The notes beneath the pieces were generated by a model, which was given only the letters and a program-made list of their open reading frames with translations, made no database searches and was not told the DNA's origin. Positions 1-13,333 of a stretch of DNA of 64,000 nt are shown piece after piece. Location of the stretch: contig NC_043000.1 of assembly GCF_006345805.1 (NCBI RefSeq), positions 160,084,001 through 160,148,000 of the forward strand. Reading direction: 5' to 3'. Source of the stretch: Octopus sinensis. Lineage: Eukaryota. How positions within the stretch are numbered: position 1 is the stretch's first letter; each line of letters starts with the position of its first letter. A program made the translations under genes and the position numbers.

Positions 1-2060
1 CTCACACACACACATACACACACATACCTGCACACACACACACACATACATACATACACATACATACCTACTTCAGACATACACACACACAGACATACAC
101 CCATACACTCACACTCACACGCATACACACACACACACATACACGCACACACGTACACATACACACACACACCACCTACATACATACATTACACACTTGT
201 ATACACACACACTTACATTCATACACCACACACCTACACAGCCATACCCTCACTCAGACACACACATCTACCTACACACACACACAAACACACACGACAC
301 ACACCCATACAACCATATACATCTACACACACGCCTACACACATACATACACACATACATAACACACACACATACACATATACACACATACGCACACACA
401 CATATACTTATACACATGCACACACACCCATACATACATACACCCATATACATACACACACACATACCCACATACTCCTATACGCACATACATACACACA
501 GACATACACACATACACACTCACACAAACATACACACACACATACTTACACACACACTCACCTGCACGCGCACACACATGCATGACAAACACCCATACAC
601 TCACACTCACATACGCACACACAAACACACACCAACTAACACGCACACGCACAAACACGCACACACACACTACACTCCCACACACATACACGCACCTACA
701 TACACACACGCACGCATACACACATACATTACACACGTACACACACACCTACATACACATGCATACACACACACACAACAAACATGCACGGACACACCCA
801 GACATACACACATACACCTATATACACACGCCCACACACCTACATACACACACATATACACACGCCCACACACCTACATACACACACTACATACACACAC
901 ATACACGGACACACCCTACATACTTACATACATACACCTATACACACACGCCCACACACCTACATACACACACATGCATACACACACACCATGTACGCAC
1001 ACACACACACATATACGCACATACATATATACCCACACACATGCACACACCACACACATACGCACATGCAGCATGCATGCATGCACACGCGCACACCTAC
1101 ACGCATACACACACACACACGCACGTACACATACATACATACACACACGCATACATACACCCATACACATACATGCATCCTACACACACATACATACACA
1201 CCACACATACATACAAACACACCACACACTCACTCACACACACACATGTACATGTCGCGCACACACATTCACATACACACACTCCACACACACACACACA
1301 CACACACGGACATACATCTATGCACACACATACATACACACATACTCACATACATTCATCGGACACACTGCCACCCGGACATACACACAGACACACTCAC
1401 ACATCCACACACATACATACTTACGCACATACTCGCAGGCTCGCGCACGCACGCGCTTGCGCCGGTTCGCGTACGCATACGCTCGCAGGCACCTCGCTCT
1501 TGGAACCGACAAGACCTCCCGCCCTTCCTGGGACCGTCGCGTGTCGTTGGGTTTTCCCACGCCCGCCTCCGCGGGACCACTCTTCCATCTTCCCCTCAGC
1601 TGGAGTCCTTTTCCTTAACCCCCCCCCCTTTTTCGTTACACACACGCGCACACATATACACACATTGCTTAATATATACATTACTCTTACACACATTCAA
1701 TCTACTCGCCATTATACCACCACGACGACACTGGACACACACACACACTACTACTCAACAAACGCTGGCACGCTACATACGCCCCCACCCCTTCCCCTCC
1801 CTCCCTCCTTCCTCCTCCTTCTTTTTCTTACTACTGACCTTTGTCTGCTAAGCTGACCAGTGTCTCGCCCTACCTCACACGCCTACACACAGACGCACAC
1901 ACTAACACACACATATATATTTTTTTGTTTTTTTCTCGCCTCACACACACAACACATACACACGCACACGCACACCCCTCACACATACACACACATCTGT
2001 TGCGTTACCAACCTTGTCTCCACTCTTTTGCCTTTAAAAACCCACTTGCTCTGTTTTCGT
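1..2060. repeat. Degenerate (CA)/(TACA)-rich low-complexity tract
   Basis: Almost continuous CA/TACA units with frequent interruptions; generates the spurious His/Thr/Tyr-rich ORFs 197-1618, 582-1856 and 784-1851. Confidence 0.9.
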
Positions 2061-2099
2061 AAACATCCGCCTTTCACCATGTGCAACTCGTAAACACCA

Positions 2100-2300
2100 G
2101 TCGTCTTTTTTCTCTTTCCCTGTTGCCCGCTCTGGATCTTTCTTTCCTCTCTCTTCCTTCTTTATGTTTCCGACGAAGAGCTCCGCTCGAAACGTCATAC
2201 CTCCCTGCTTCCTTTTCCTGAGCGCCTATTAATAATAATACTGTAATTGTTCCATTGTTGTTGTTTTTTTTGTTTCCCGTTTGGATTAAAATTATATATA
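2100..2300 (+). mobile_element. Short (TA)n-anchored repeat carrying a minimal hammerhead motif (Penelope-like terminal-repeat derivative)
   Basis: Homologous in reverse orientation to 44700-44900 (shared ggatcttt, ttatgtttc.g.cgaagagctccgc...gaaacgt, ttcctgagcg); runs into (TA)n at about 2300. Confidence 0.6.
2166..2200 (+). ncRNA. Minimal type I hammerhead-like motif (U4C variant)
   Basis: gttt CCGACGA a gagc-tcc-gctc GAAAC GTC atac: 4-bp stem II, palindromic ACGT stem III, stem I gttt/atac with one mismatch. Confidence 0.5.
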
Positions 2301-2309
2301 TAATAATAT

Positions 2310-2351
<42 letters not shown>

Positions 2352-2360
<9 letters not shown>

Positions 2361-2530
2361 GTTGGTAAAACCAGTAAGATAACAAAAGAAAGAATGAGAC
2401 CTCAATTTATGCAAATAGAGGAATTTATCTGTAAAATAATATGTGAAAAATATTCATTAGCCAAGATATAACTCTGAGTTTCGGATGCCGAGGTGGAAAT
2501 CCACACGACCATCTCTTCGGTTATCTGGCC
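2352..2530 (-). mobile_element. (TA)n-anchored repeat of the same family as the 22463-23010 fold-back element; contains a variant hammerhead-like motif (2464-2526, minus)
   Basis: Shares gtaagataacaaaagaaaga..gagacctcaat and aactctgagtttc.gatgccga.gtggaaatccac...accatctcttcggttatctggc with 22463-23010. Confidence 0.7.
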
Positions 2531-3010
2531 ATATATATATATATATAATATATAATTAGAAAAAAACACATTTTATCAATTCAAAATGAACAATTAAATT
2601 ACATCATCTAGAAAATTACATATAATACAAATATTAAAATTAAAATAAAATACCAATGATTGAGTAAATTGCAAAAAAATAATAAAAACGAATATAATTG
2701 GTAGAATAACGACACCTATTTCGTGGCTATATTTAAGAAATGATTATAATAAAAAAATTAATAGTAGTGTAAAATCACTTCGATATAAATATAGTCACTA
2801 ATTTTTTCCCCTGTAAGTTTGTATTAATATTCCCTCAAATATTATATATATATATATATATATAATATAAGAAGGCGCAATATATATATATATATATTAT
2901 ATATATATATATATATATAATATAATATATAATATATATATAATATATATAATATAGATATTACGATAATATATATATATATATAATATAATATACTAAT
3001 ATATATATAA

Positions 3011-3390
3011 GGAGGCGCAATAGCCCAGTATGGTTTGGACAGCGGCTCGCATTCCGTAAGGTCGCGGTTTCGATTTCCAGAACGGGCGTTGTGAGTGTAT
3101 CTCGAGCGAGGCCACCTAAAGCTTCACGAGCCTCCGGCAGGGGTATGTTGCTAACCCTCATGTACTCTTTCAACACAACTTTCTCTGTCTCTTTCTTCCT
3201 GTTTCTGTTGTACCGCCATTTCAAAGGGCCAGCCTTGTCATACTCTGTGTTACGATGATTCTCCCCGAGAACTACGTTAAAATTACACGTGACCGTGGGT
3301 GCTCAGTCACTTGCCCGTTAATTTCAGGAGCAGGTTGTTCTGTTGATCGGATCAACTGGAACCTTTGTCGTCGTAACGGACGGAGTGCTA
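3011..3390 (+). mobile_element. tRNA-derived SINE, family C
   Basis: A-box-like (ggcgcaatagcccagtatgg) and B-box-like (ggtttcgatttcc) head; body colinear with 13334-13688 and the head of 24708-25007. Confidence 0.8.
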
Positions 3391-3885
3391 CGTAGGTTAC
3401 AAAGTAAACTGCAGATTGAAAGGAACTGAATAAAGTTGTTGTTTTACCTTGCATTTTTATATTTCGGGTTGAAAACCTTTTCTGAGGTCCTCTTCTCACG
3501 AAAAGTGAGGGTTGTAAAATGTTTGCATGCATATGTATGTGTGTTTGTGTATGTGTACTTCTTTCGATTCGTGAGTGTGTGTTTGTTTGGGTGCGTGTGT
3601 GTAGGTGTGTTTACAAATTACAAAGGAATAAGAAATTGATATGAACATAATTGCTAGACACTTAATCTCTTGTTATTCATTGCATTACGTCTTTCTTCTC
3701 TATACTCAACTGACCCTTTGTTCTGAATCGTAATTATATTAAGTTCTAACACAAGGTTATTAGCATCGCTATGTCTATATTACTAAGTGAAATGATAATA
3801 ATAGTGACATTAATAAAAATAATATTTAGATGTGTGTGTATGCATCTCTCTCTCTCTCTCTCTGTATATATATATATATATATAT

Positions 3886-4160
3886 ATAAAATTCTTTTAC
3901 ATACAAAATTTAGAGGACTGACCACTAAAAACATGGACAGCTTATATGCTAGATATAGACGCCAAAATCACCATTTTCCACGAAGAATGTGTTCTCAAGA
4001 AAAATTCTGCAAAAAATTCAAAGTGTAAAAATAAGCAAGACAAATGAAAATGTACGAAATAAAAAAAAACATTTCCTATGTACTAATTAGTTTCAATTGT
4101 TAATATTTACGTATATGGGATACGCAAACATCTGCAAGATCATCAGCATAGTCTGTCGTT
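3886..4160 (-). mobile_element. (TA)n-anchored repeat related to the arms of the 43630-44210 element
   Basis: aggactga.cac....gga cag...atgctagatatagacg.caaa..c.ccattttccac.a.ga.t.tgttctcaa aligns with 43637-43720; hammerhead motif at the equivalent position. Confidence 0.7.
4076..4151 (-). ncRNA. Type I hammerhead ribozyme motif
   Basis: Minus strand: ctatg CTGATGA [long stem II including tttgcgtat/atacgtaaa] GAAAC taatta GTA catag; stem I ctatg/catag; palindromic actaattagt stem III; base of stem II has two mismatches. Confidence 0.7.
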
Positions 4161-5469
4161 TACAAAAGAAATATAACAGCAATTATATACTCACTTTTGA
4201 ATCCACCAGGACTCATCTTGAGTGAATGGACATATTACTAAACTAAATCTGGTTTTCAATAACTTCATCAATATATAATGCATTTGATCCAGTCTTGTGT
4301 AGCAAAAATCTTTTATTTTATTTTGGAAACATATTGAATGAGCGTCTTGAAAGGGGTTAATCTTATATAAAATGCTTCCTTGTTTCCTTTTATTGCCGTT
4401 TGAAATTGCCAACTGTCATCTGCAGTCGGAGTAATAAGATTCGATATATTATATCGACGTACAATGAATTATGTCTCGGTATTATAAACTTCTGCAAATA
4501 CGGGTTAGTTTTATATAGATTGTGCAACACAATGAAAACTTTATTTCAAAGCTTAATATTTCTTGTAATATACATATAATGTATTGCATTTTAAATTAGA
4601 GGTTGTTTCATATGTAATAATTCATAAAATTTTTTATAAGTTATCTACTTTCTTTGGTATACTGTGTGTAAATTATAATCTGTCCCGCTACAGACTTACA
4701 AGCTACATTTCGTCTGGGTTTTTATGTAGGTATTTGAATAAATATTATAATAAATTAAAAGAAATAATAAAATATAAAAGATGATGCAAGTCTACAAATT
4801 ACAGGTAAACAACTGAACAGTGAACTTGTGCGAAGCCTGTCAGATTCCAAAGTAGAAGTCATTTTGTATTTGGTTTTAAACTGAACGCACGTTTTAGTTT
4901 CTCCTCGTAACTTTCACATTGCACATACTTATTCATTGTTCTGTCTCCTTTTTATTGACACCTTAACCTGCACTATTCACTGTTGCTCTATGGAATCAGG
5001 CTGAAATTTGGTGTGGGGTTGATATTGGAAGAGCACATTTTCTGCTGAAGAAGCATACGAACAATTCGCAGTTATGCTGAAAAATCACTTGTCTTCAAAG
5101 CGTAATGTGTTTAACTGCAGTAAAATTGACTCATAATAAATCTTGCATAAAGATAAAAATGGGAAAAAGGTAAAAAGATAAAGCGACACAGAGACGGTGC
5201 ACGTGTATCAGCATAACTCTCCATATTCGCTACGTAATATTTAAATGAAAGCTAAGCTTCAATTCTATATTGATAATCTAAATTAAAAAAAATTTCTTCT
5301 GCAGAAAGTGAAATCTTCTTATCGCGATTGGTTCGAGCATTTTAAGAATTCCTCAAAATTGCATAACATATAGTAAAATGGGAAACTGTAAGCGTCGAAA
5401 AAATGCTGCAGCTGCATTTCCAGCCTTATTGATTTATTCCTGCCAAAGATCATACTATACTTGTACATG

Positions 5470-6330
5470 GTGAATGTTATCTAGGAGAACTAACGATCAA
5501 ACCACTGTCTGTTTATAAATCTAAAGTATCAGTAGCTATAAATGAAACTCTAAATCTCATTTTCCTATTATATGCCAATCAAATAATATGGAGTAGATCA
5601 CTACATATAAGTTCCAGAATTAGCTTTATTTTTTTCTTCTTCCCAGCTAGGAAAAAATATTGCGAGTGTAAAAACCTTGAAAAAAAATGTCCTTCTTGTG
5701 GACTATTCTCCAAGTTACCTACCAAATATCGACGCCAAGAAAAGTAATATTCAAATAGCTTTTATGCCTTCAGATCCAATCAGCTTTGATCTACCTACGA
5801 ATCAATCGCTGATGACATATCTTATATATAATAATTATGGCTCATGTTGAAGCGATGGAGTCTGAGTGGAATTCACATAAATGGACCACTATTGAGTTTT
5901 TAATAGATAACTGCACAAAAGTGAAATGAATCATAATAACTCCTGTGAAGAGTAAAATTGTTCCAGACTGCATTGCAGGATTCCACGAATTTTGGGAGCC
6001 AACATACTTATTAGGGGAATGCTGGACTGACACGCAGGCTACAGTTCTTGAAATCTATTAATAGGAGTTGCAATAACTTGAATCACATACAGATCATACA
6101 AAAATATCCAATGAAGACCTCATGTAAATGGAGGTGCATCGTACTCTAAGTACCTGAACATAGTTGCAGAAAAAGCTACACCAATTTTATCAATTAATGC
6201 CTTTATCTAAAGCTTTAAGAAATTTTATTGAAGAAGATCCTCAAAATTCAGGTTGATCAAAATCTTAAATGCGAATCTTAATTATTGGATACTCTTACTG
6301 CAAGAAGTCATATACAGAGAAAATATGCAC
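5470..6330 (+). pseudogene. Highly decayed Tigger/pogo-like DDE transposase remnant
   Basis: Translated fragments GELTIKPLSVYKSK, NVLLVDYSPSYLP, NIQIAFMPSDP and IVPDCIAGFHEF resemble successive pogo/Tigger DDE_1 segments; many stops and frameshifts. Confidence 0.45.
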
Positions 6331-6765
6331 CTAAAAATAAATAAATAAATAAAAACATGATTCTTGAAGTAAATTTTTATTTTATTATTTACTTTTGTTA
6401 TTTTCAAATGTATGTATAACATGCATACGTCAATGTTTAATTTAACTTTTCCTTTTGAAATTTAGAGACAATTTGTGGTAAATGTATAACATCAAAGCTC
6501 TGCATATTTTATGTCGCAAAAGTATATCATATTTCTTTAATCTAACCTTAGACAATAGATGAAAAAGGGAAGCAACGTCACAGTATATAAGCAGAAAGAT
6601 TTGGAAAGATATTGTAACATCATCTGCCACTTTGTATTAATCGCCATAAATATATAAAAACTTTTAGACACTGAATCATACATACGTCTATGCAAAGTAT
6701 ACAGATATGATTACTTCATAGTACTAATATTACAAGTGCAAAAAAAGAAAAAAGAAAAGAGCCCA

Positions 6766-7010
6766 AGATGGCGAGCTGGGAAGAATCGTTAGCACGCTGT
6801 GCGAAATGCTTATCAGCATTTCGTCCGTCTTTACGTTATGGGTTCAAATTCCACCGGAGTCGATCTTGCCTTTCAACATTTCGTGATCACCTTTCATCCT
6901 TTCGGAGTCGATAAAGTAATTACTAGATGCGCACTAGGTTCGATCTAATCAACCTGCACCCTACCCCAAAATTGCCATCCTTGTGCCAAAATTTGGAACT
7001 AACATTACAA
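6766..7010 (+). mobile_element. tRNA-derived SINE, family B (diverged)
   Basis: ggcgagctgg.agaatcgttagcacgc...gaaatgctta.c.gcatttcgtc...ggttcaaattcc.cc.gagtcga...gcctttc colinear with 15008 and 54612. Confidence 0.75.
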
Positions 7011-7461
7011 GTGTAGATCACGCAAAAAGAAGTAACAAATTCAAGAATGGTGGGTATTGTAATTCAGCTTTAATTATGACAAACTAATTAAATCTTCATT
7101 TGCATGCTTAATCCATTACTTGGCAAAAGTTAGTTTCAGAAAGTTTTCAAAAGATTCGAAGCAAGTTTTTTCTCCAATTTTAATCTTCAGTTCGGAAATA
7201 CAAAGGTTGCAATAGAATCTTATACTTCTCTGAGTCACAAAAATTACCTATTTATGGGGCATTAATTGCCAGAACACATTATCTATAATAGTTTGTACAT
7301 TTGTGAAATATCTTTCGTGAAACTCCAAATATAATTGGATACTAAAGTGGTAAGACATCTTCTGGTATTATTCCTATACAAGCTCAAAAGTTCACAAATC
7401 CATATAATTGCTTGTTTGTGAATTTGTGTATGTATTTGTGAGTGTATGTTTTTTTGTGTTT

Positions 7462-7513
7462 TACACCTGTAGTTTATAAATACACGGGCGTGTATTTATA
7501 ATCTACAGGTGTA
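7462..7513. repeat. 25-bp-arm near-perfect inverted repeat (hairpin)
   Basis: tacacctgtagtttataaatacacg-gg-cgtgtatttataatctacaggtgta; one mismatch, 2-nt spacer. Confidence 0.9.
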
Positions 7514-10106
7514 TTAAGAAGAAGGTTTTGTTTCAAAGCTATAGTATACTATATATCTATTCATTTTAGCAAGCACTGTATACAGTAGATAGATGGAAAC
7601 ACCTTGAAATTATACACAATATCTTTATCTATGAAAAATAGGTCTGTTTAAATTTTGAGTAGTTTCGAAATTATATGGGATTTCATCAGCGTTCCTGTTC
7701 CGTGAAATTGGATGTGATTTCATTATATTGCTAAAAGAAATTTAATCGACTGATTTCCACATATAACTGATTTCAAGAAGGTGTTTCAATTAATATATAT
7801 TTTAGTTCGCATAATCACGGCTGTAAAATCCGACAGTTTTTTGTTACGGATCCCGTCCAACAGCACACACATACACACGCACACATACACACACACACAC
7901 ACATACACACACACACACACACGCATGCACACACACACACGCATGCACACACACACATATAGATACATACGCACATACATAATGCATACATACATACATA
8001 CACACATACATACACATACATACAAACATACATACAAACATACATACATACAAACATACATACATACATACATACATACACACAAACATACATACATACA
8101 TACATACATACATACACGCACACATACATACATACATACAACACTGTATCGAGTAGATTATCCAATGTTTGTACACATTGCTTGTCAGAATGCGAGAAAG
8201 CGCATTCCAATACGTGGAATCATAGTATTTTAGCTTTCGAAAGACGCCACCTCCATATCTAGGTGGGTGAGGCAACGTTTATTTGAAAGCCAGTCCGTCG
8301 CCGAGTTAACAATTTATACAGCAGAATGGACGGGAGTGATCTGAAATCAAATACACAATGCCGGTCGTCAGAATCGAAACATCTAACTGGCGATCGTGAG
8401 CGCGGCGCCCTAACTATCACGCAAAATAAGATTTAATTAGTTAAAATATGTCGAAATACATATAAATATTTCTTGATGCCTGCCATTACACTTTTTTAAA
8501 AATACTGCTAAATCGTTTACAAATTGAAAATATAGAAGTCCGGACTTCTGAGGTGACCTGTTATATGTCCAGCCTGATCTACATCATTATCTCTCAATGC
8601 ACATCATGTAGAGACGCATTAAAATATTACGGAAATGCGTTTTTAAAGTTTATAAAATAACTCGATTTAATTTTCTGTTTTCTTTTACCTCGGTTCTGCG
8701 ATAGTGAACAAGCATTCTGCGCTTATATTGCCATGACAACGTTTCGCTATATCAGAAATATATATCGGAATCCGATCACTATATTGGTAACGCAGGTAGA
8801 TTGTTCAAATGAGGATTTAAGAACGAATGGTTAAACATTGCTTCGCAAGGCATATGTGGTTCACATCCTAATCCCTCAAATGTTCTGCCAGACGGATTTG
8901 GGAATTACCATGCATCTTTCACATCATACAACTCTTATCTTTCACAATTACCTGTTCAATCGTTGCTTACGTTCATGAAATTATCAGCATTGTTTTATTC
9001 GAAGACATGGGGCATTTCTTTTCTCTTCAGCTTAAGCAGCTTCACTGTCAGCTGACATGTAAATAGATATGATTAACCAATTTTAAAAAGCTTCCACAGA
9101 GCATAAGTGACTGATTTATACGGTATATAACCACATATTTTTCTCTAACGAGAATCAATAGAAAAAAAAAAAAAGAACACTGAAATAATTCATTGAATGG
9201 TGACGAGATTACAACTAAACAAATGTACTATACTTACATCACAGACATTATAAAAACGCAAAGTTAGTGATGAAGCGTATGTCTAGCTAAATGTAGCAGA
9301 TGGTGAGAGAAAATTTAGTTAACCAGAATTGCATTAGTTGAAGTTTTAAAACATAGATCCATAAACTTTGAGAAGAGGAAACAAAATGTACACAGACACA
9401 CATACACACATACTCACACATACACACACTCAGACACACACACATAGGCATCTGGCTGCCTGCATACAAATAAATGTTTATACGCAAAAACTAGAGAGTA
9501 CAAATATTAAAGAGTAAAAATACCAGAGAGTACAAAGGTAATAAGTGCGTATGATTTGCATGTTTGCTCCTACACCACTTGACAAATAGATTTGCCTTGC
9601 ATACATCAGGGTAACATCAGGGTTCGGCAAATAGAAAGGATAGAGTAAGCGTAATATAGATTCCGGCTCATTTTTCGACTGAAGTCAATTCACGTTGTGT
9701 CCTCAGCATAGCTGCAATTCAATATTTATATCAATTGTATAGATTTCATCGAACATTGTCTGATATATGGAAAGTTTTTTTCAAGCCCCAAAAGTGTAAG
9801 TAATAAAAAAATCATAATAAAGGTGGAAGGCGTGTACTATTACCTATTAACAATACTATCATCTTGTATTATGATTTTTTCTGTAAATTGCGCATTGCTT
9901 TGGTTGCAAAAATATTGAAATATCACACAGACACACACACACACCACACACACACACAAACACACACACAAACACACACACAAACACATACTTACACACT
10001 CAAACACCCACCCACACACACACCCATATAACACACACACAAATGCACATGCATATATATGTAATATATATTTATATGTATATATCTATACACACATATT
10101 ATATAT

Positions 10107-10143
<37 letters not shown>

Positions 10144-10254
10144 CAATTATGCAGATAAAATGAACATAACAACTTGGGTTTGATATAAAGCATATATATA
10201 TGTGTGTGTATGTGTTTATGTGTGTGTGTGTGTTTGTGTGTGTAGACTTATAGT

Positions 10255-10705
10255 ATTAGTTTCAGCTCAAAGCTGTGGCCATGCTGGGGCGCCGCCGTTC
10301 TGCCACACTATTATTGAAAGCCTCCTCTGATATGTGACATTTCGTCAATAAGGGAGTTTGATGTCACTGCCCTCATTTGCGCCTCCTGTCGCGAGGTAGG
10401 TTTTGTTTTAAAGGCACTTACATCCGTCTTGTGTACTTCCCTTAGGCTCTTTGGGGGAATATTAAAAAGCTGTGATCCCCGAAACCCAGGTTGTTGCAGT
10501 AACTAGTCCTAAAGTGCGATGGCATTGCTGGGATCTAAGACACTGTGCCGTGGTGACCCGTTATGGCATTGTGTAGATTTCAATGCCAAATTTTGGCACA
10601 ATCCCTTCCAGGATCTTCCAGATGTGTACTACTGTATATCTCTCCCGCTTTCGTTCCACGGAGTAGAGTCTCAGCTATTTCAGCCATTCCAAGCAGCTGC
10701 GCTGT
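10255..10705 (-). mobile_element. 3' fragment of a CR1/L2-type LINE
   Basis: Minus translation LK*LRLYSVERKRERYTVVHIWKILEGIVPKFGIE ... DVSAFKTKPTSRQEAQMRAVTSNSLIDEMSH; ends with the ggcggcgccccagcatggcca-stem-loop-aaac tail. Confidence 0.8.
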
Positions 10706-11587
10706 TGCAATGTAACTTCACGTTTTTTAGAAAGAAAAGCAACCAGACGGAGGAAATATCTTCATTTACATAGAAGATCAAAAATAAAATCGCAGACGGA
10801 AAAGAAAGAAACCAACACGCAGAAAAGCGAGAAAAGTATTTAAAATAACCGTTAGCAAGTATGGATATATAAACATCATCGGGCAAAGTGTATGGCGCGA
10901 CGACACTCATTCATACAAGCATCCGCGAAAATGTGAGCACACGCAAACGTGAGGTTTAATGCACTGACGATCGCAAAGCGAGTTAACTATCTTCTTGGTG
11001 TTTGTAAGAATGGGGAGGTTAAAGGTGAACTTAAGTCATCCGTATCTTAAAGTAAATTACGTTAACAGTTACTCAAAATTCATTCCCACTGCATAGTGCA
11101 AAAGTGCATTTACATGCGTGTACGAATCTCGAGAGTCTTTCAGAAAGTTTATTAATAATCTTTTCATTAGTCCAAAGAATAGACAAGTATTCTTGGAGCA
11201 GCTACGGCTTCTCCTGGAAATCATATTGTATAGTTTCGCGTGCTTTACTATGGACCAAATTATGCTGTACTTCATTGTATCCTCTTTCAGTCACCATACA
11301 AAATCGGCCAAACATGTTGAATGTCACTTATTGATATATATATCCGTTTCCGTTGTAGCATACGTTTGACGAAGACTTTCTAGAGACATCCTTTTTACAA
11401 CAGCTAGACGCTCTTCTTGCTTCTTAAATTCACCTATTTTTCATTAGACATTTTTATTCAACTTGTCTTTGAAACCATTGACATACAAGGCGAACTGTGT
11501 CAAAGAATTCTGGAGAAAATATCGTCGTGTTCGTTCGAGCGAATTAAAACGAAGACTTCGAAGACATACAACTACACACATAAAAAT

Positions 11588-11660
<73 letters not shown>

Positions 11661-11923
11661 ACATATATACACGCACGTACCCACGCCCTCTGACCATATT
11701 ATCGAAGGGATTTCATATGGTTTTGTGTCTGATCGGCCGAATATAATGTAGAAGACATTTGTTTAACGTATCACAAATAGGAGCGAACATAAAAGTAAGC
11801 CGTTTCGAAGTGAACTTCTTAAACAGCCAGCTATGTCTGAACAGCCATAACGTATGTTGTCATTTATAGTTTAAATATAACTGAAGAGTTGCTACACTGA
11901 GGTGGTTGGAGTAAATGGCATCA

Positions 11924-12308
11924 TCTCTCTATATATAAACGGCAGTTTGTCTGTGCGTGTTTCTGTGTGTCTGTTTGCTTGTACCCTCACCCTAACCACG
12001 GCTTTCAACCGATTCTGATGAAACTTGACACACACATAGCCCAATGTCATAATTCAAAACTAACGCAGCGACAATTTTGAAAAGTTCCACCAGTTCTGAA
12101 AAAAATCGATAAATTCGACATGGGGTCGAGAATCAGAAACACAAACCGCAAACTGTCTAGGGGACGCAACTCCACCTTTTTTACTCTCAAAAAAAATTTA
12201 CCATCATTTTTTTTCCATTTTTTTTGCTATTTTTTGGCTATAACTCTCTAAAAATGCTTTATAGTTATTTCCCTTACAAACCTGAGCAACGCCGGGCGAT
12301 ACTGCTAG
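11924..12308 (+). mobile_element. Non-autonomous Helitron-like element
   Basis: A|TCTCTCTATATATAAAC 5' end, (gtct/gtgt) microsatellite, cacggctttcaaccgatt motif, 3' GC hairpin cctgagcaacgccggg, then CTAG|T: canonical A-T insertion with no TSD. Confidence 0.8.
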
Positions 12309-12560
12309 TAAGTGAATAAGTGAATAAGGGAGTAAGATGTTGTTCACGGCCATTTTCTCCCCTTATTTATACGAAACCTTCTACTCCGCTTTAACAGCTC
12401 TACAGTTATATTGGGATTATAAGTTCTATCCAACACCATGTTTTACAGGCTCATTCTTTCTTTCTAGTACACACATATGTCCATTCAGGCTGGAGTTGTA
12501 GTGGCAAGCTGACATGAGCACTCATTCCATATGCTTATTGCATTATATATATATATATGT

Positions 12561-12772
12561 GAAGGCGCATGGCTCAGTGGTTAGAGCGTCGAGCTTACGA
12601 TCGTGAGGTTGTGAGCTCGAATCCCGGAACGGGCTGCGTGTTGTGTTCTTGAGCAAGGCACTTTATTTCACGTTGCTCCAGTTCGCTCAGCTGTAGAAAT
12701 GCGTTGCGACGTCACTGGTGCCAAGCTGTATCGACCTTTGTCTTTCCCTTGGATAACATTGGTGGCGTGGAG
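12561..12772 (+). mobile_element. tRNA-derived SINE, family D (3' truncated)
   Basis: ggcgcatggctcagtggttagagc (A box), gagctcgaatccc (B box), gttgtgttcttgagcaaggcacttta core; related to 18243-18502. Confidence 0.8.
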
Positions 12773-13333
12773 ATATATATATATTATATATATTATAAGC
12801 TGCAGAAGGAATAATAGATTAAAATAGCTATCTATACATCTGCCTAATGTAAATACATTTCGAAGAAAAAATTTACGTCGCTTTTGATATACAGAAATGC
12901 ATCAGGTGTTATCACAAACCGCTGGTGGAACCATGCCCATAAGTGATATGATCTCCGGACGAACTCCTCACTACACGATGCCTTTCACGATGTACTTACA
13001 TTAAGAGAGAGATATATCTATGGTTATATATATATGTGTGTTTGTGTGTATGTATGTATGTATGTATGTACGTGTGTGCACGCGTGTGTGTGTTGGTATG
13101 TGTATGTGTGTGCGTGTATGTATGCTTGTATGTGTGTGTGTGCCTGAGTGCGTGTGTGTGTGTACATAGTGAAAACATTCTAGAAAGATACACAACATGG
13201 TAAATTATAAGAAAAATAAAGTGCACTGAAGTATACATGTTGACAAAATATATTTATGAAGTAATGTATTTATCTACTAGACTAGTTTCAATTTTGCTAA
13301 TTATGACTATGAATAATCACACACAAACATCGT

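Noticed and set aside
197-1856. Long His/Thr/Tyr-rich ORFs (473, 424 and 355 aa)
   Set aside because: Translation of (CA)/(TACA) repeats, which lack stop codons; same for 7781-8275 and similar ORFs.
3011-3090. tRNA genes at SINE heads (also 12561, 37013, 54105)
   Set aside because: A and B boxes are present, but there is no complete cloverleaf and each continues into a repeat body; these are tRNA-derived SINEs.
4191-4419. Apparent exon on the minus strand (ag|...|gtgagt)
   Set aside because: No recognisable protein, and it abuts the hammerhead-bearing repeat; more likely a decayed retroelement ORF end or chance.
5046-5095. CTGAAGA-agcata...tatgct-GAAA hammerhead-like match
   Set aside because: Stem II is good, but stem I and stem III cannot be formed convincingly.
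7655-7695. Minus-strand CTGATGA...GAAAC
   Set aside because: No stem I and a poor stem II.
8727-8740. RFX X-box-like ATTGCCATGACAAC
   Set aside because: Two mismatches to the palindromic consensus and no nearby first exon identified.
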